Below, piece after piece: positions 24,401 through 37,245 of a stretch of 40,552 nt of DNA. The notes beneath the pieces were generated by a model that saw only the letters and a list, made by a program, of their open reading frames with translations, was not told the DNA's origin and did no database searches. This stretch comes from Vicugna vicugna. Taxonomy: Eukaryota. Made by a program: the position numbers and the translations under genes. The DNA lies in contig MU058636.1 in NCBI GenBank assembly GCA_013265495.1, positions 6,917,741-6,958,292 of the forward strand, given 5' to 3'. Positions within the stretch are counted from its first letter, which is position 1, and every line of letters starts with the position of its first letter.

Positions 24401-26152
24401 ATGTAATCTGGGGACCAGCAGATACTGATGCATAATATAGTTGCTTAGACTTCTGTCCTTAAACACAGTAATACTGTCAGAATATGCATCTCATTGTAAG
24501 TGATCATACATACGAGTACCTTAGAGATTTGGGAAAATCTGAATTCCAGAAGAATTCAGTAGAAGAGAAATTTAAACATAGCCTATGGAAGAGACAAGTA
24601 AAGCATTCATCAAAATTGCCCACCTAGAAAGACTCCCTTAATTAGGAAAATTAGGTGACTTTAACACGAGGGAGGTTAGAGGACTGGTAGAATTTTTAAG
24701 AGCAATCACAGTTGGGAATAAAAGGAAATATATTGTCTAAAGTCAGAATAAAATAATGTCAGTCAGAAACAAGTTATGCCTAATCAGTGTATAAACTATA
24801 AATAGCATTACTTAGGGGGAATGAGGAAGTAAAACAGAGGTCGTTCCTTAAAGCAGAAGTAAGAAGTTAGTCTACTTCAGAGAGTTACAGGGCTCCGCAT
24901 GCTCAGGGCAGTCATCGGAGTGTGTGGTTGAAAAGAAGACCTTTAAGTGAACTTCTAGGCTGACTGGAAAAGACAGGGAAAAAACACTGAGAGATCACTG
25001 CAGGTGAGCAGGTCAGGGATGGCCAGGAGTTATGACCTGCCTCACTATGGGCATTCTTCTAGCCCAGGGACAATGGGCAGTGAACAGGACATCTTTTACA
25101 TACCTCTGTTGCTGAAAAAGACTTGGAAAGAGACTGGTAAATATATAAAAGTTTTAAAAGTGGAAAATTACTAAAAGTATTAATAAAATTTGACCTAATG
25201 ACAAAAATAACGATGATAAAATTTCTATTAGTGTATTAAATGATAATTGGAGAAAATAATTTCAGGAAAGGATACAAATTTGCGTGTGTGCATGTTTAAG
25301 CATATCTCCTACGTTGGAGATAAATAGATATTTTCTTCCGTGTTTGGGACAGTAATGAAATAGCCAGGCAGATAGGTATTGGCCTGTGGTGTGATTGGCT
25401 GGTCATATGACGGTCCCATCTGGGAAGGTAAATCTAGCACAGAGGCCCAGGTGATTTCAAGAACTAAGGTAAAGATCGAAAAGAAAAGAGATTCTAATAC
25501 CCAGACCCAGTCAGAAACATACTGATTGGGAAAAGCATGCAGTGGCTTATTCATTAACACCAAAGAAAAGGCCAGAAAATAGAAAAACCATGAACATTGT
25601 GAGTATCAATTTTAAATGTTAATGTTATATTAGCACTTTATTATTGAATCATTTGTCATGTTCTAAAGAGTATTTACTTATTCTAGACTTTTATGCCTAA
25701 ATAGATTCTTCCTGCCTTTAGTAAAAATTTCTGAGTGGTACACATTACATCTCAGAAGCATTAAGTAGTACCCTTGATATATGTAAGAGTAATGCATCTC
25801 CAAAAGTGCCTGATATGTAATCAAAGGAGTGATAATTTAGTCATTCAGCGGGTTTCAGCCTATTTTTATCAATCCTCTCTTATGCTTTTTAACAAATCAG
25901 AGTATTTTAGCACCTACAAACTAGAATTGTAAATTTTTAAAATTACCTATTCATTTTTTGCAATTTGAACTGCTTTTGCAAATGGACTACTTTTTCTAGA
26001 GTAATAGGAATATAATATTGCACCATTCCTAATGTTAATTATGAGCTAGCTTAAGGGTCACCAAATAGAATTCAATTTGAAGATTTTATTTTTCCCACTT
26101 TTTTTACCTTTCTCTTTCAGAAGTATACTTTTTTGTAAATAAGTTGATGTTT

Positions 26153-26362
26153 AAAAACCAGAAAGAGACTCACAGACATAGAAAATAAACTTATGGTTAC
26201 AGGGAGGGGCAGAGAGGTGGGGGAGGGATGAATTGGGAGTTAGGGAGCAGCAGATACAAACTACTATGTACAGAATAAACAACAAGGTTCTACTGTATAG
26301 CACAAGGAACTATATTCAGTGGCTTATAGTAACCTGTAATGAAAATATATGTGTGTGTGTAC

Positions 26363-26397
<35 letters not shown>

Positions 26398-26476
26398 TAT
26401 ATAAAACTGATCACTATGCTGTACACTAGAAACTAATAAAACATTGTAAATCAGGTATACTTCATTAAAAAAAAAA
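26153..26476 (+). mobile_element. Cetartiodactyl L1 3' UTR fragment, 5'-truncated, with poly(A)
   Basis: 'agactcacagacatagaaaataaacttatggttac...aacaacaaggttctactgtatagcacaaggaactatattca...aacattgtaaatc...cattaaaaaaaaa'. Confidence 0.88.
26345..26403. repeat. Compound (GT)n/(AT)n microsatellite inside the L1 3' UTR
   Basis: Read directly from the sequence. Confidence 0.9.
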
Positions 26477-29400
26477 GTGTCACTGTTGGCTCAGATATCC
26501 TAGATTTGAAAGCCTGCTTTGATTAGATTACATTTTTTTTCTTCTTCAAGCATTTTCTTTGTTCTCTAGGTAAACCATTTTTGAGTCTTTGCTGTATTAA
26601 AAGTTTTAACAGGTTGTACAGTGGGTCAGCTTTATTAATTTACACTTTGGTAAATTAAGGTTAGCATGGCATTCATTACATATTATCTACAGAGTACTTT
26701 CTTATTATCTGTGGTGTGAATTTTAAATATTTTTGTTTTAATTTTACAATTTTTTATAGTAACTGATTTTTCTGTCTTGCTTTTCTTTTATTTAACCATT
26801 TTATTTCTACCTAGTTAAAAAATACAAAGCATATGTTTCTGGGTTTAACAACTTCAAGACATTAATATTTTCTTTACTTAACATGTTAGTTGGACATGTT
26901 TTATCTGATATATGTGTCTAATACAGTAAAATCTCTTGTGATATTACTGGTTTCATACTGAATAGGCAGGGACTGAATCCATTTATCTGACTTAGTATAA
27001 GACTCACCACGATGATATGCACATGTGGAAAGGAGATCCTAATAACAGTTGGCATGAAAGATTTAGATCACTTCCCACTCCTTTCCATTTTTCTTATTAT
27101 GTCTTGTATACTTTATTCAATAGAGATCCACAGTAAATGTGATGGTATTTCATATATGCATAAGTAATTGCATTAATATGACAAGTTTATAAGATGAATA
27201 TGTATTTTCTAAATATAAAATAGAACATATGTTCTTCTAAGCATGAAACATAAATATATTTATAAAATATATGTTGTAACTTGAGTTTGAATGCTTTTAT
27301 TTTGGAAAAAATTTTAAAGGAAGGATTTTTCCATAATAACATTTCCTTCTGCTCATTTTCTCTAGATTCTTAACAGCACCTATAATATAATACTAGTAAA
27401 AATGACAGCAAATACTGACATTTTGTTTGCAAAGCATATTGATTTTTACTTTTTCTATTTTATATATTCCAGAACACAATGATTGATTTTGAGCAAAATT
27501 CCCATTTTACTAGCAGAATTTTCATTCATACAATTTTAAATTAAGAAATATTTGTCTTCTATGCTCCCATATTTCTACTACTCAGTCTGAAATTCTTTCA
27601 AAATGTTTTTTGTCACTCTCCTGTCACTTTTAGCTATTGATTAACAAATAATATTATCTTTATATTAAATAATTACTCAGTCACACTAATTTTTATCTCT
27701 ATTTAATTGTAAATATTTAGAATAACTTAGAATAATTCTAGGATAATCTGATACTAGGACTAAATCACTGAGAGCCCTAGGAGATACTACTGGACTAGTT
27801 AAAATTGAGAACAAAGAACAAAAGTAATAGTGTATTTCCTAAAGTATAAAAAAAAGAATTAACTCAGTATCTTGATTGACTAGATTAAACAATTTTTTTG
27901 GTAACAGTGATTAACGAACAAGTCAAGTAAACTTGAATTTCATTTGATCATTTTATTTTCTGAACCTTTGTTTAAAAATATATTGAGTTTTTTTATGATT
28001 GTTGATAAATGTGGCTGCACTAAGCTTATAGCAGAAGATCAATGTTTTAAAAATTGAAACAGTATAGGTTTGTATTGATTAATGTGGCTAAATCAAAATG
28101 AGAGGTTTTGTAACGGCTTTCTTAGACAGGCTACTCCCCAGTAATGGCAACCTATCAATTTTAGCTTTCCACTGATAAATCAGCTTGAAAATTGGATGTC
28201 AAAATTTTTTTCAACGAAGGAGTGATTTTTCCATGCCCTTTAACCTTTTCTGATATATTAGATTGGTTTATAAGACTAAGCTCTATCTTACAGAAGGCAG
28301 TTGTCAAATTGACATTTGGATAGATTTTCAAATACTATACCACCTATTTTTATACATGTGTATAAAATAAGCATATGTATACTCATCTGTGATCTAACTC
28401 TCTAATTGCAAAGATTGTTTATCTTGAAAAAATTCAATTGCATGTTATAAAATTGTAGATTGTGCTGTATATGGATCTCAGAAGTTCAAAGGTTAGAACC
28501 TCAACTGCAAGATTAGGAAACATGCTTACAGAAAGGTACTTTAGTCTTCACTGAGTAGGGACATTGATTGTTTTTACCCAGTGAATTGATTTTTCCTTTC
28601 TTTCATTCTTTCGTTGTTTTTTTTTTTATTTCCTTGGAAAGTACTAATGGGTTAATTAATGGCAACCCTCCTATGTTGTTATGTGGCCAATAGTAACTTG
28701 GTATGCATTTGTAACAAAAACACAAAAACAAAACCTGACCAGACTTTATTTCTAAGGAACCAGTATTGAGAACTTGAAATAACACTAGGAAAGATTCGAT
28801 TAGCAACACAGAAAAACAGACTTAATTTGGATTTAATGGGGTAGACTTCAGTGACAGCTGACACTGCCATACCTTCACGCCTATATAGGCGACTTTAAGT
28901 TAGCCTGAGAAGGTATTGATTGTGAAGTTTCTGTTGTATAATTACTTTTTGCTAGGAAAAAAAAAAAGAACCATGGCATATTGATCTAGATGGGAGCATG
29001 TAAGTAGCAGTTTCCCTTGGCTGACAGTGAGTGTCATCTTTCAGCCATGATAAATGGTAACGTTCTGGCTCAACATAATTGCTTTGTGGTGAAATGAACC
29101 TCCTATACCCTTCTCCTTTTCCCATCAAGGAGATACAGTAATCATCTTTATCTCAAAGCCATGATTTACTGAACTAATCATCCTCTTAATAAAGGGAATG
29201 CTCTCCCCCTCCCCAGAGTATGTCGAGTATTTTGAAACAGAAATGCATTATGAAACGTTGGAATTTTTTTCATGTTTTAGGGTCCACAAGATATACTTTT
29301 AATCAACTGTCAATTATTCCTGACCTATTTCTTTACTCATCCGCCCATTCCCAGTCTACTAGGTAGCCTGTGATCTTTCATTGAATGTACATTTAAAAAG

Positions 29401-31201
29401 AAAAGGACAGAGATGGTCAAGACATCTTACAGTTTTTTTGATAACAGGAAGAATCATTAAATAAATACCTTTATTAGTTTTCTGAAGTGTTCAACATTTG
29501 GCAAATACAAAAATTTAGTTTATTTAGTTAAAACATGTTTTGGAAAGCCTTCTCTGGATATAATGCTTATTTTTTACAACTTCAAGTATTAAACAACATT
29601 TCTTTTTTAGATTCTTTTTCTATGATGCTTGTCTTCATTAAGAGACAAAAAAGATGCTTTGAGTATGGAAAGCATATATTCCCTACCAATTCTGAAAAAC
29701 TGAGATAATTTGTGTTATTTGTTAGCTTTTTGACAAAGATGTTTAATGTGCTATCAATTTTTCATTAAGCCTATGTTATATTTTGCTGAAAATAGATCTG
29801 TATTTACTTGCCAGTACTTTAATATTGCCCTTGGGTAATGACTTTTACTTAAGTAATGTTATTTAAAGAATATCTGGCAGTCATTTTAGATCATTTTAAG
29901 ACCGCTGTGAAGGGTTTGGATAAAGGTCATTTTCAATGATTGTGCTTAGTTAAATAAATGTGAAAGGTTTCACAAAGGGAATCTTGCTTTTCAGTGTGCT
30001 GTCATAAATTTCCTCTTAGCACATCTGGGAATACCAAGTAAAATGGAGTTGTTTCTGCCTTGAAGGCAGTATATTTTATATTTTCCTTCTCTTTGTTTAT
30101 TTTCTCCTCATAATTCTGTTTATTCCCACAACTGAGCACAAAGGTTTCATTTGTCATAAATTAGATTCACCACTTTTGACAGTGTGTGGAAGCCCCTGTA
30201 TATATTTCTCCCAACGTTTAAAACGAGTAGTTTTTTGCTGAGACTTATTAAAAAGTGTTACTTTTTGTTTTTTTTTTTTTTAAACAATTCCCCCTCTAGT
30301 GTAACCCTGGTGCACAGTTTGCTCCCACTCTGGCCACAGCTGGCCTCTTGCTGTTCACAGCTGAAAAGTGAAATCAATGCTTGGTCTAACAAAATGCAGA
30401 TGAAAGCCATTCTGATCATATATAGTCATTTCCCGTAACTTTATCAGCCTTCAGTTACTTATGTGCTCTCTGGAAATCATTGTTTATTCAAGTAAATACA
30501 GGCCCAACTTCTGTGTTGAGATGTGCTGTCTTCTAGGAAAATAATACTTCCTTAAAGCCATAAGCATTGTGAGTAGCTCATTATATTTTCTAAAATAACT
30601 ATTGCTTTTGTCCCCCCAAAGGAAATAATACAAATCTAACCATATTATTTATCATTTAAATTCTGGAAATTTATACTCTAAGCAAAGGTGCCTCTTTATT
30701 CTTAATGTTAACACATTTTAAAATTTTGAAACAAAAAATGTTAAAATACCTCAATCCAAATTATCATCGAGCTAGTATTTGCTTAAATATTTATTTGAAC
30801 AAGATTGGATAGAAGCTGTTTTGTAGCTGAATGCTTCAAAGGTCACAGAACTACAATGAGTTTGATGGAAAACAGCCTTTCTCCTTCCTATTTTAAATGG
30901 TTCCTTCTTTGATTACAAGCATTTATTATAATTATCAAGAGATTAGGCTGTTGTTATAGAATCCTTGTAATGGAACCATTTAGAAGGAATATAATGGCAG
31001 TTTATTGGATTCTGCAGAAGAAAAGAACACAGATAAAGTGATCCTTTTTGGTAAATGGTTCAACTGCTAGCTAAGTATACTAATTTTATTATTCTATCTT
31101 AGTTCATTTGCTTTAGTAGTTTTTGTGACTGAGGGTACAATTTTTTCTGATAAATAACCTGTCCTCTAGTCTTTTCTATGGTTTATGTCTTTTGTAGGAT
31201 C

Positions 31202-31218
31202 TGTGTGTGTGTGTGTGT
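31202..31218. repeat. (TG)8 microsatellite
   Basis: Read directly from the sequence. Confidence 0.9.
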
Positions 31219-34200
31219 TTTCTGAAAGAGGGAAGGTTCACAAATCAGTAGCACTCAATACTCGGATATACAGTCTTTGTCTTAGAAGTTACATTTGTAC
31301 AGTATCTCTTTTTAGATGGCTTTTTATTATTAATCTATATTTTTATTTTTAAAACTATTGCTGTATGAGTCCATTAATTTATTGCTTTTAGTTCATGTGT
31401 ATTTATTCTTCGAATTACAGTAGAAACTATCTTAATGAAATAAATACCTAGGGAGTTGTCAGATTTAAGACCTATTCAGTGCTAATATCTTTATATCAAA
31501 ATCAATACAGTTAGCACTCAGGGTAGATGTATTTTTCGATCTTTCCTAATTCCTCAGAGGCAAAGTTACGGGCCTTAACAACACTCTTTCTTTTGAGACT
31601 TTTGTGCAATTGAAGCGTGATGCAAAAAATGCAAGACAGAATATTTAGAAAGATGCAAAAATACAGTAAACTAGATTTTTTTTGTCCTTTTCCAGACTAG
31701 CAACTAGTAAAACTACAATATTTGCTAAAATACCAGAGTAAGCAATTAGGGAACCCATGCCTGCAGAGAAAAGGCACTAAGGCACTAAATGAGATGCCAG
31801 GGTAGGGAGAAGGCTGAAGTTCAGGAAACCTCATTCTTGTGAAGTAGGAGACTGGGGGAAGGGGTGGTTATGTTATTTTAGAGATTACAAACTTCCTAAA
31901 AACAAAAATAACCTGGCAACTACCTTGTACTGATACATATCTTGATCATAATAGGTCTCCAAGAATATGTTTTAGAAAAAAAAATTTTCTTTATCAAGGT
32001 AGCAAAGGAAGCACCACTTTTTAAATTTTAGATTTTAGATTTATTGGAAGAATTTCAAATCATATTATCTCTACTTTTTTATATCCCATGTTATTAATGT
32101 TCATATTGTTATTTTGTTAATATTGTTGCTATACAAAGTTGGAACAATAGTTTTATCCTGAAACCTCCCTGAAAAACCTTAAATCACTTGTTAAATACCA
32201 TAAAAAGCTTTATGTCTAGTTAGAAGGTTTCTAGAGCTATAAATGAGAGACATAATGTAGAAAGACTTTGGGAATAATGATAGTTAAAAATGTACAAAAT
32301 CATTATACATTCTACAAGTTTACCCTGTTTTTTTATTTAGCTCAATTTTAATTTAATATTAAGCTTTGCTTTAAAGAATATTATGTGTATCTATGTGTGT
32401 GCACTAATATTTTACATAGATTTATACAGATAAATAAAAATTGTAGGTGCATGGGGTGCATATAGATAAATATATAAGAGTTATGGAAATGTGGAACATG
32501 AAAGAGTTTCAAAAAGGAAATTTCTGTTCTTCCCGTAATTTTTGTAAGAATTATACTTAAAACATCCGGAAAAATGAAATCAAGAAATTTACACGTATTA
32601 GTTGAAGACTTTATTTCTGTCATTAATTGTCAAACTGGGCCATCAGGAAGTTATTTCTTAGTTCTTACCAATTTTCAAATATAATTAAATCTGTTCGTTT
32701 TGTAAATCAATTTTCTACATGACTGAACTTAGTTTCTCTGCAGATCTCGAATGTATCCACGTAAATTTGATGCCACTTTCAGTGCTCTGACTCTAGCCAT
32801 CATTGGTGTTGGAATCTGTATGTAGGAGAGACGTTAGGACAATAGCAATCGGTTTGGTAGGAGGCATCACAAGCACACCGTTTCTCTCGGATGTTATATA
32901 CCAAATCAGTAAAAACGAACTTTTCTGCAAATGCCATCATTCATATCTTATATCCTATATTTTTATTAATTTCATTTAGAGGAACTCAAGTAGGCTAATA
33001 AGATTATGATTTTGTCATTTGTAAAGTAAAGCACACATAATTAAGGTTTGCATTCACCTACTAAGACTATAAAATGGCAACTGAGTAATATTGAAAAACA
33101 AAATAAATTAAAGATACTTTTCATTTGCTTAGCATGTGGACCAAATGGGAATAAGAGTTTCACATCTAGGATTTGTTACAGGTCTAATCCTTTTGAAAGC
33201 CATGAAAACTATAAATTTTTCATATTCTTGTGGAAAACATTTGCCGACGAAACTTAATTTAAACTAATATGTGGCTACTTACTGTCTTTATTCATCCAAG
33301 TTAGTGTAAATCTTTACACATTTCTTTATGGAAATATTAATTTATTTGATGATGGAATACTAACCCAAATGCTACCAGGAGAGATATGCAATGCGAAGTA
33401 ACTGCACCATACTACTTTTCTAACATCCAGAAAACTATGGTTTGGAAACATATTCAATCCCAAGGGTAGATAGGAACCATACTAACAGTGCAAATAGCAG
33501 ATTAAAGTTGCCGTGAAACCTGGAGAGATCAGAATGAAAATAAGAAAGTTAGGTGTCTGGATAAATGGAACTTTGATTTCCCTAGATAGTTTCAAATTAA
33601 CAATGGTAACTTTGCCCATAACCAGAGATGTTTCAAGTTAAAGACTCAGTAAGTCAGCACTGTTCAGAAGGGGGAGTCCCAATAGGTACATTGTGACTGT
33701 TACTGACATTCCAGGTCACCACTGAGCATTTCATTGGGAATTATTTCCTGTCAGAGTTGTACTGGTTGACTCTCCAGAGCTAGTACTTCTAGCTAGCTGG
33801 GACTGCTAGCTGAGTCCCATTCGTGATGATAGCACACATGCTGAGAAGCTGCTTCTTTACAGCCTCATAGACTAGCCCTGTCACTATGACCGATTGGTTT
33901 CAAACTGTATTTAATCAGTACAGTTTGTCCAGTTGAAAGATGGTCATTGCGGTTGGTAACTGAGCCCTGCACAGCACCTTAGAGCATTAACCTGTTGCAG
34001 TGGTGGACACTTCCTCTTGAAACATGTTTAGTCAAAAAATTGGAATCCAAAGTATCATTAAAACAATTGTTTATTTCAGAAATCTTTCTGATGATCATAT
34101 TTGAATAATTTAAACGTAGATGTCCTTTTTGTTGATTCAGATTCAAGCAGTTTTGGAAAATTCTAAAATATCATTTTCCTCGTTTGAAAATTTTATATAT

Positions 34201-34885
34201 AAATTCTACCAATGAAATGCTGATTTGCAGCTTTGAAGTCACTAAAACACTGAGACAACTAAAAATACAGTTTTAATCTCTTTTTCAAAGTTATAGGAAA
34301 CAGGTATAAAAATACCTTGTCTATCCTCAAATTCTGCCTCCCTTTCATTTCGATTTGTTTTCAGTTAGTGCAAACCTATGCACCTTTAGAAGTCTTCTTA
34401 CGTGGCTCATGGTCCCTGTGGATATTTGTTAAACCATATACCTACCACTTTTGCTGCCAGGAGTTTTATCTTACAGACCATGAGCCCATTGTAAGTATTC
34501 TAATGTCATATACAGCATATCATGGTAACGAAGGCTTACCTTCCTACTTGAACTGTTTCATATCATCACACCTAGGCAGACGTATTAACTGTAGGGAAAT
34601 AGCACATTTGACCTTCTAAAAAGGAAGAGATTCTTTGTTTAACTTGTGCATGTGTCTTTGTATAGCCAAGGACGAGAGAATTGATTGCAGAAATTGTCTT
34701 AACTATTTTCTATCTTCCTCCCCATCCCTGGTGGATTGGTCTCTCTCTACCGTATGATGGAGCACTTAAGGGGAACACTATACAGATCTGAAAGCACTGC
34801 TTCTAGGAACAGAAATTTATGTATTTCTTTACCTCTGAAGAAAGGGATCATCTTGTCAGGACACAAGGGAGGACGTAATTCCATA

Positions 34886-34941
34886 TTCTCATTTCTTCCC
34901 TCCTTTCTTTCCTTCATTTTTCCTTCCTTCCTTCCTTCTTT
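34886..34941. repeat. Degenerate (TTCC)n polypyrimidine repeat
   Basis: 'ttcttccctcctttctttccttcatttttccttccttccttccttcttt'. Confidence 0.75.
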
Positions 34942-35332
34942 ATGGTCTTATAGTAGAGCTTGAAGTATGTATATAATCACTGATGAAAATGTATATATCA
35001 CAGTAAAGCTATAATATTGTAAAACTTTGAGTTTTTTAAGTTGTTATTATAAAGATTTTCCAAACAAATGAAAAGTGGTTTGATTCCCATTTACCAATAA
35101 ACTCAAAGATTAATATAAATTTATTTTTCTTGCTATGCACGCAAGAGCTTCTATTAACCAAACTTGCTGTAGAAATGGACATTTTCTTTGTGCTAGTGTT
35201 TTAGATCCTGATGTCTTCTCTGCATACATATGCATGCACATAAACACAGAACACAGACTCAGTCTTGGGAGATTTGCAAACCCCTGCTAGACTTGGGTCT
35301 AACTAGAGTAACAGATTCTCTGCCAGGTAATA

Positions 35333-37245
35333 ATTTGTGATTTCTGCGCTTACCTTTATTATGTTCTTTTTTTTAACTCATATTAGGTTTATTTCTCTAT
35401 TATTTTCCTAGTTTTTTGAGATGCAAGCTTAGGTTATTGGTTTTAGACCTTTCTTCTTTTCTAAGTGTTTAAAGCTGTAAATTTCCTCCTATGCACTGCA
35501 TTGGCTGCACCTCACATTTGTTTCATTATCATCAAGTTTGAAATATTTCCTACTGCTATTTCTTTAATAACCTATGTATTATTTATGTATGTTGTTCAAT
35601 TTACATATGTTTGAGGTATTTGTAGATATCTTATTGTTTATTTCATTGTAATCAAGAAATATATCCCATATAATTTCAATTATTTTAAATTTAAAGAATG
35701 TTTTACAACCCAGTATATATGGCATATCTTGGGGAACATACCATGTGCATGTGAAAATGATGTGCATTCTTCAAGTCATTGAGCATAGTGTTCTGTAAAT
35801 TTAAATTAGGTCAAAGTGGTTATAGTGTGGCTCATATGGTCTGTGTCTTGACTGATTTTTTGTCTACTCATTCTGTCTCTTGAAAGAGGGGTGGTAGAAT
35901 TCCGTAATATTGTGAGATTATCCATTTCTTCCTTTTGTGTTTTTTTTCACATATTTTGAGGCTCTGGTGTTAGCTAAATACACAGGAATATTATGTTTTC
36001 TTGAACGATTGACTCCTTTATCAAGATTAAATATCCCTCTTTATTTCAGGTAATAGTCCTTGTTTTAACACAAACCTTGCCTGTTAATAATATAGCCATT
36101 CCAGTATCTTATGTTTATTGTTTATATATCCTTTCTATACATTTGCTTTCAACCCATCTATGTCTTTGTATTTTCAGTACATCCCTTATACACCACATCT
36201 AGTTGAGTAATGCTTATTAATCCATTTTGATCTCTACTCTCCAGTTGGAGCACTTAATAATTAGTAATTGTTGACATGATTGGATTTAGTTCTGTAATTT
36301 TAATATTTGCTTCTGTGTGTCTCTTATGTTTTGGTTTGTTTGTTTCTCTATTCCCCCTTTCTGCCTTTTTTTGGATTATTTGAATTTTTTTAGAATTTCA
36401 TTTTAATTTTTATATTGGTTTTTTAGCTTTACCTCTGTGCATTTAATTTTTTTACTGGTTGGTCGAGGGGTTATTTTATACATCTTAATTTTCAGTCTAC
36501 ATAGATTTAATAGTTTACCACTTCATACAAAATATAAAAACCTTGTGTCCATATAGATCCATTTACTTGCCACATTCCCCACCCAGAATCCTTTGTGCTG
36601 TATTTCTTGTGTAATATATATTATACTTGCATACCTTAGGAATTCCACAAGAACATATCATAATTTTTGCTTTGAAATCATATATACATTAAAGAAATTA
36701 AGAGAGAAATATGTTATCTATATTACATTTACCATTTCTAACGCTCTTTGTTCATTTCAGAGGGTTCAAGTTTCCATCTGGTATTTTCCTTCAGACTAAC
36801 AATTTCCTTTATCATATCTAATAGTGCAGATCTGTTGTCAGTAAACTCTCATACTTTTTCTTTTGCAGAGAAGTGATTATTTTCTCTTCATTCTTGAAGG
36901 ATATTTTCACTAGATATGAAATTCTAAATTGATAGTGTATTATTTTTCTTTCAGCACTTTAAAGAAATAGTCCCACTGTTTTGTGTGCTCTGTGTTTTCT
37001 GCTGTATGCAATGTGTCCTTCTTTCTGGCTGCTTTCAAGATTTTGTCTTAATCTTTGGTTTTCAGCAGTTTGACCCTGATGTTCCTCAGTGTGGTTTTCT
37101 TTACCCCTACCCTGTAGAGGATCACTCAACTTCTTAAATCTGTCAATTTATATCATTTCAAATGTGGGAAGGTTGGGGCCATTATTTCTTTAAATATTTT
37201 TCTGCTGCACTCTTTCTGTTTTGGGGACTCCATTTGCGTATATTA
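35333..37245 (-). mobile_element. Old L1 (L1M4/L1ME-like) internal fragment: ORF1 3' part, inter-ORF region and ORF2 endonuclease region
   Basis: Minus ORF 35579-35767 (YILGCKTFFKFKIIEIIWDIFLDYNEIN) resembles the L1 endonuclease HILGHKTSLNKFKKIEIIQSIFSDHNGI. 'ttcattcttgaaggatattttcactagat' and 'ctggctgctttcaagatttt' are antisense L1 ORF1 motifs. Confidence 0.85.

Noticed and set aside
24440..25110. Possible CR1/L3 or LTR remnants
   Set aside because: Similarity is too weak to call by eye.
33798..33819. Hairpin TGGGACT-N8-AGTCCCA
   Set aside because: A 7-bp stem is expected by chance in 40 kb, and there is no miRNA- or snoRNA-like context.
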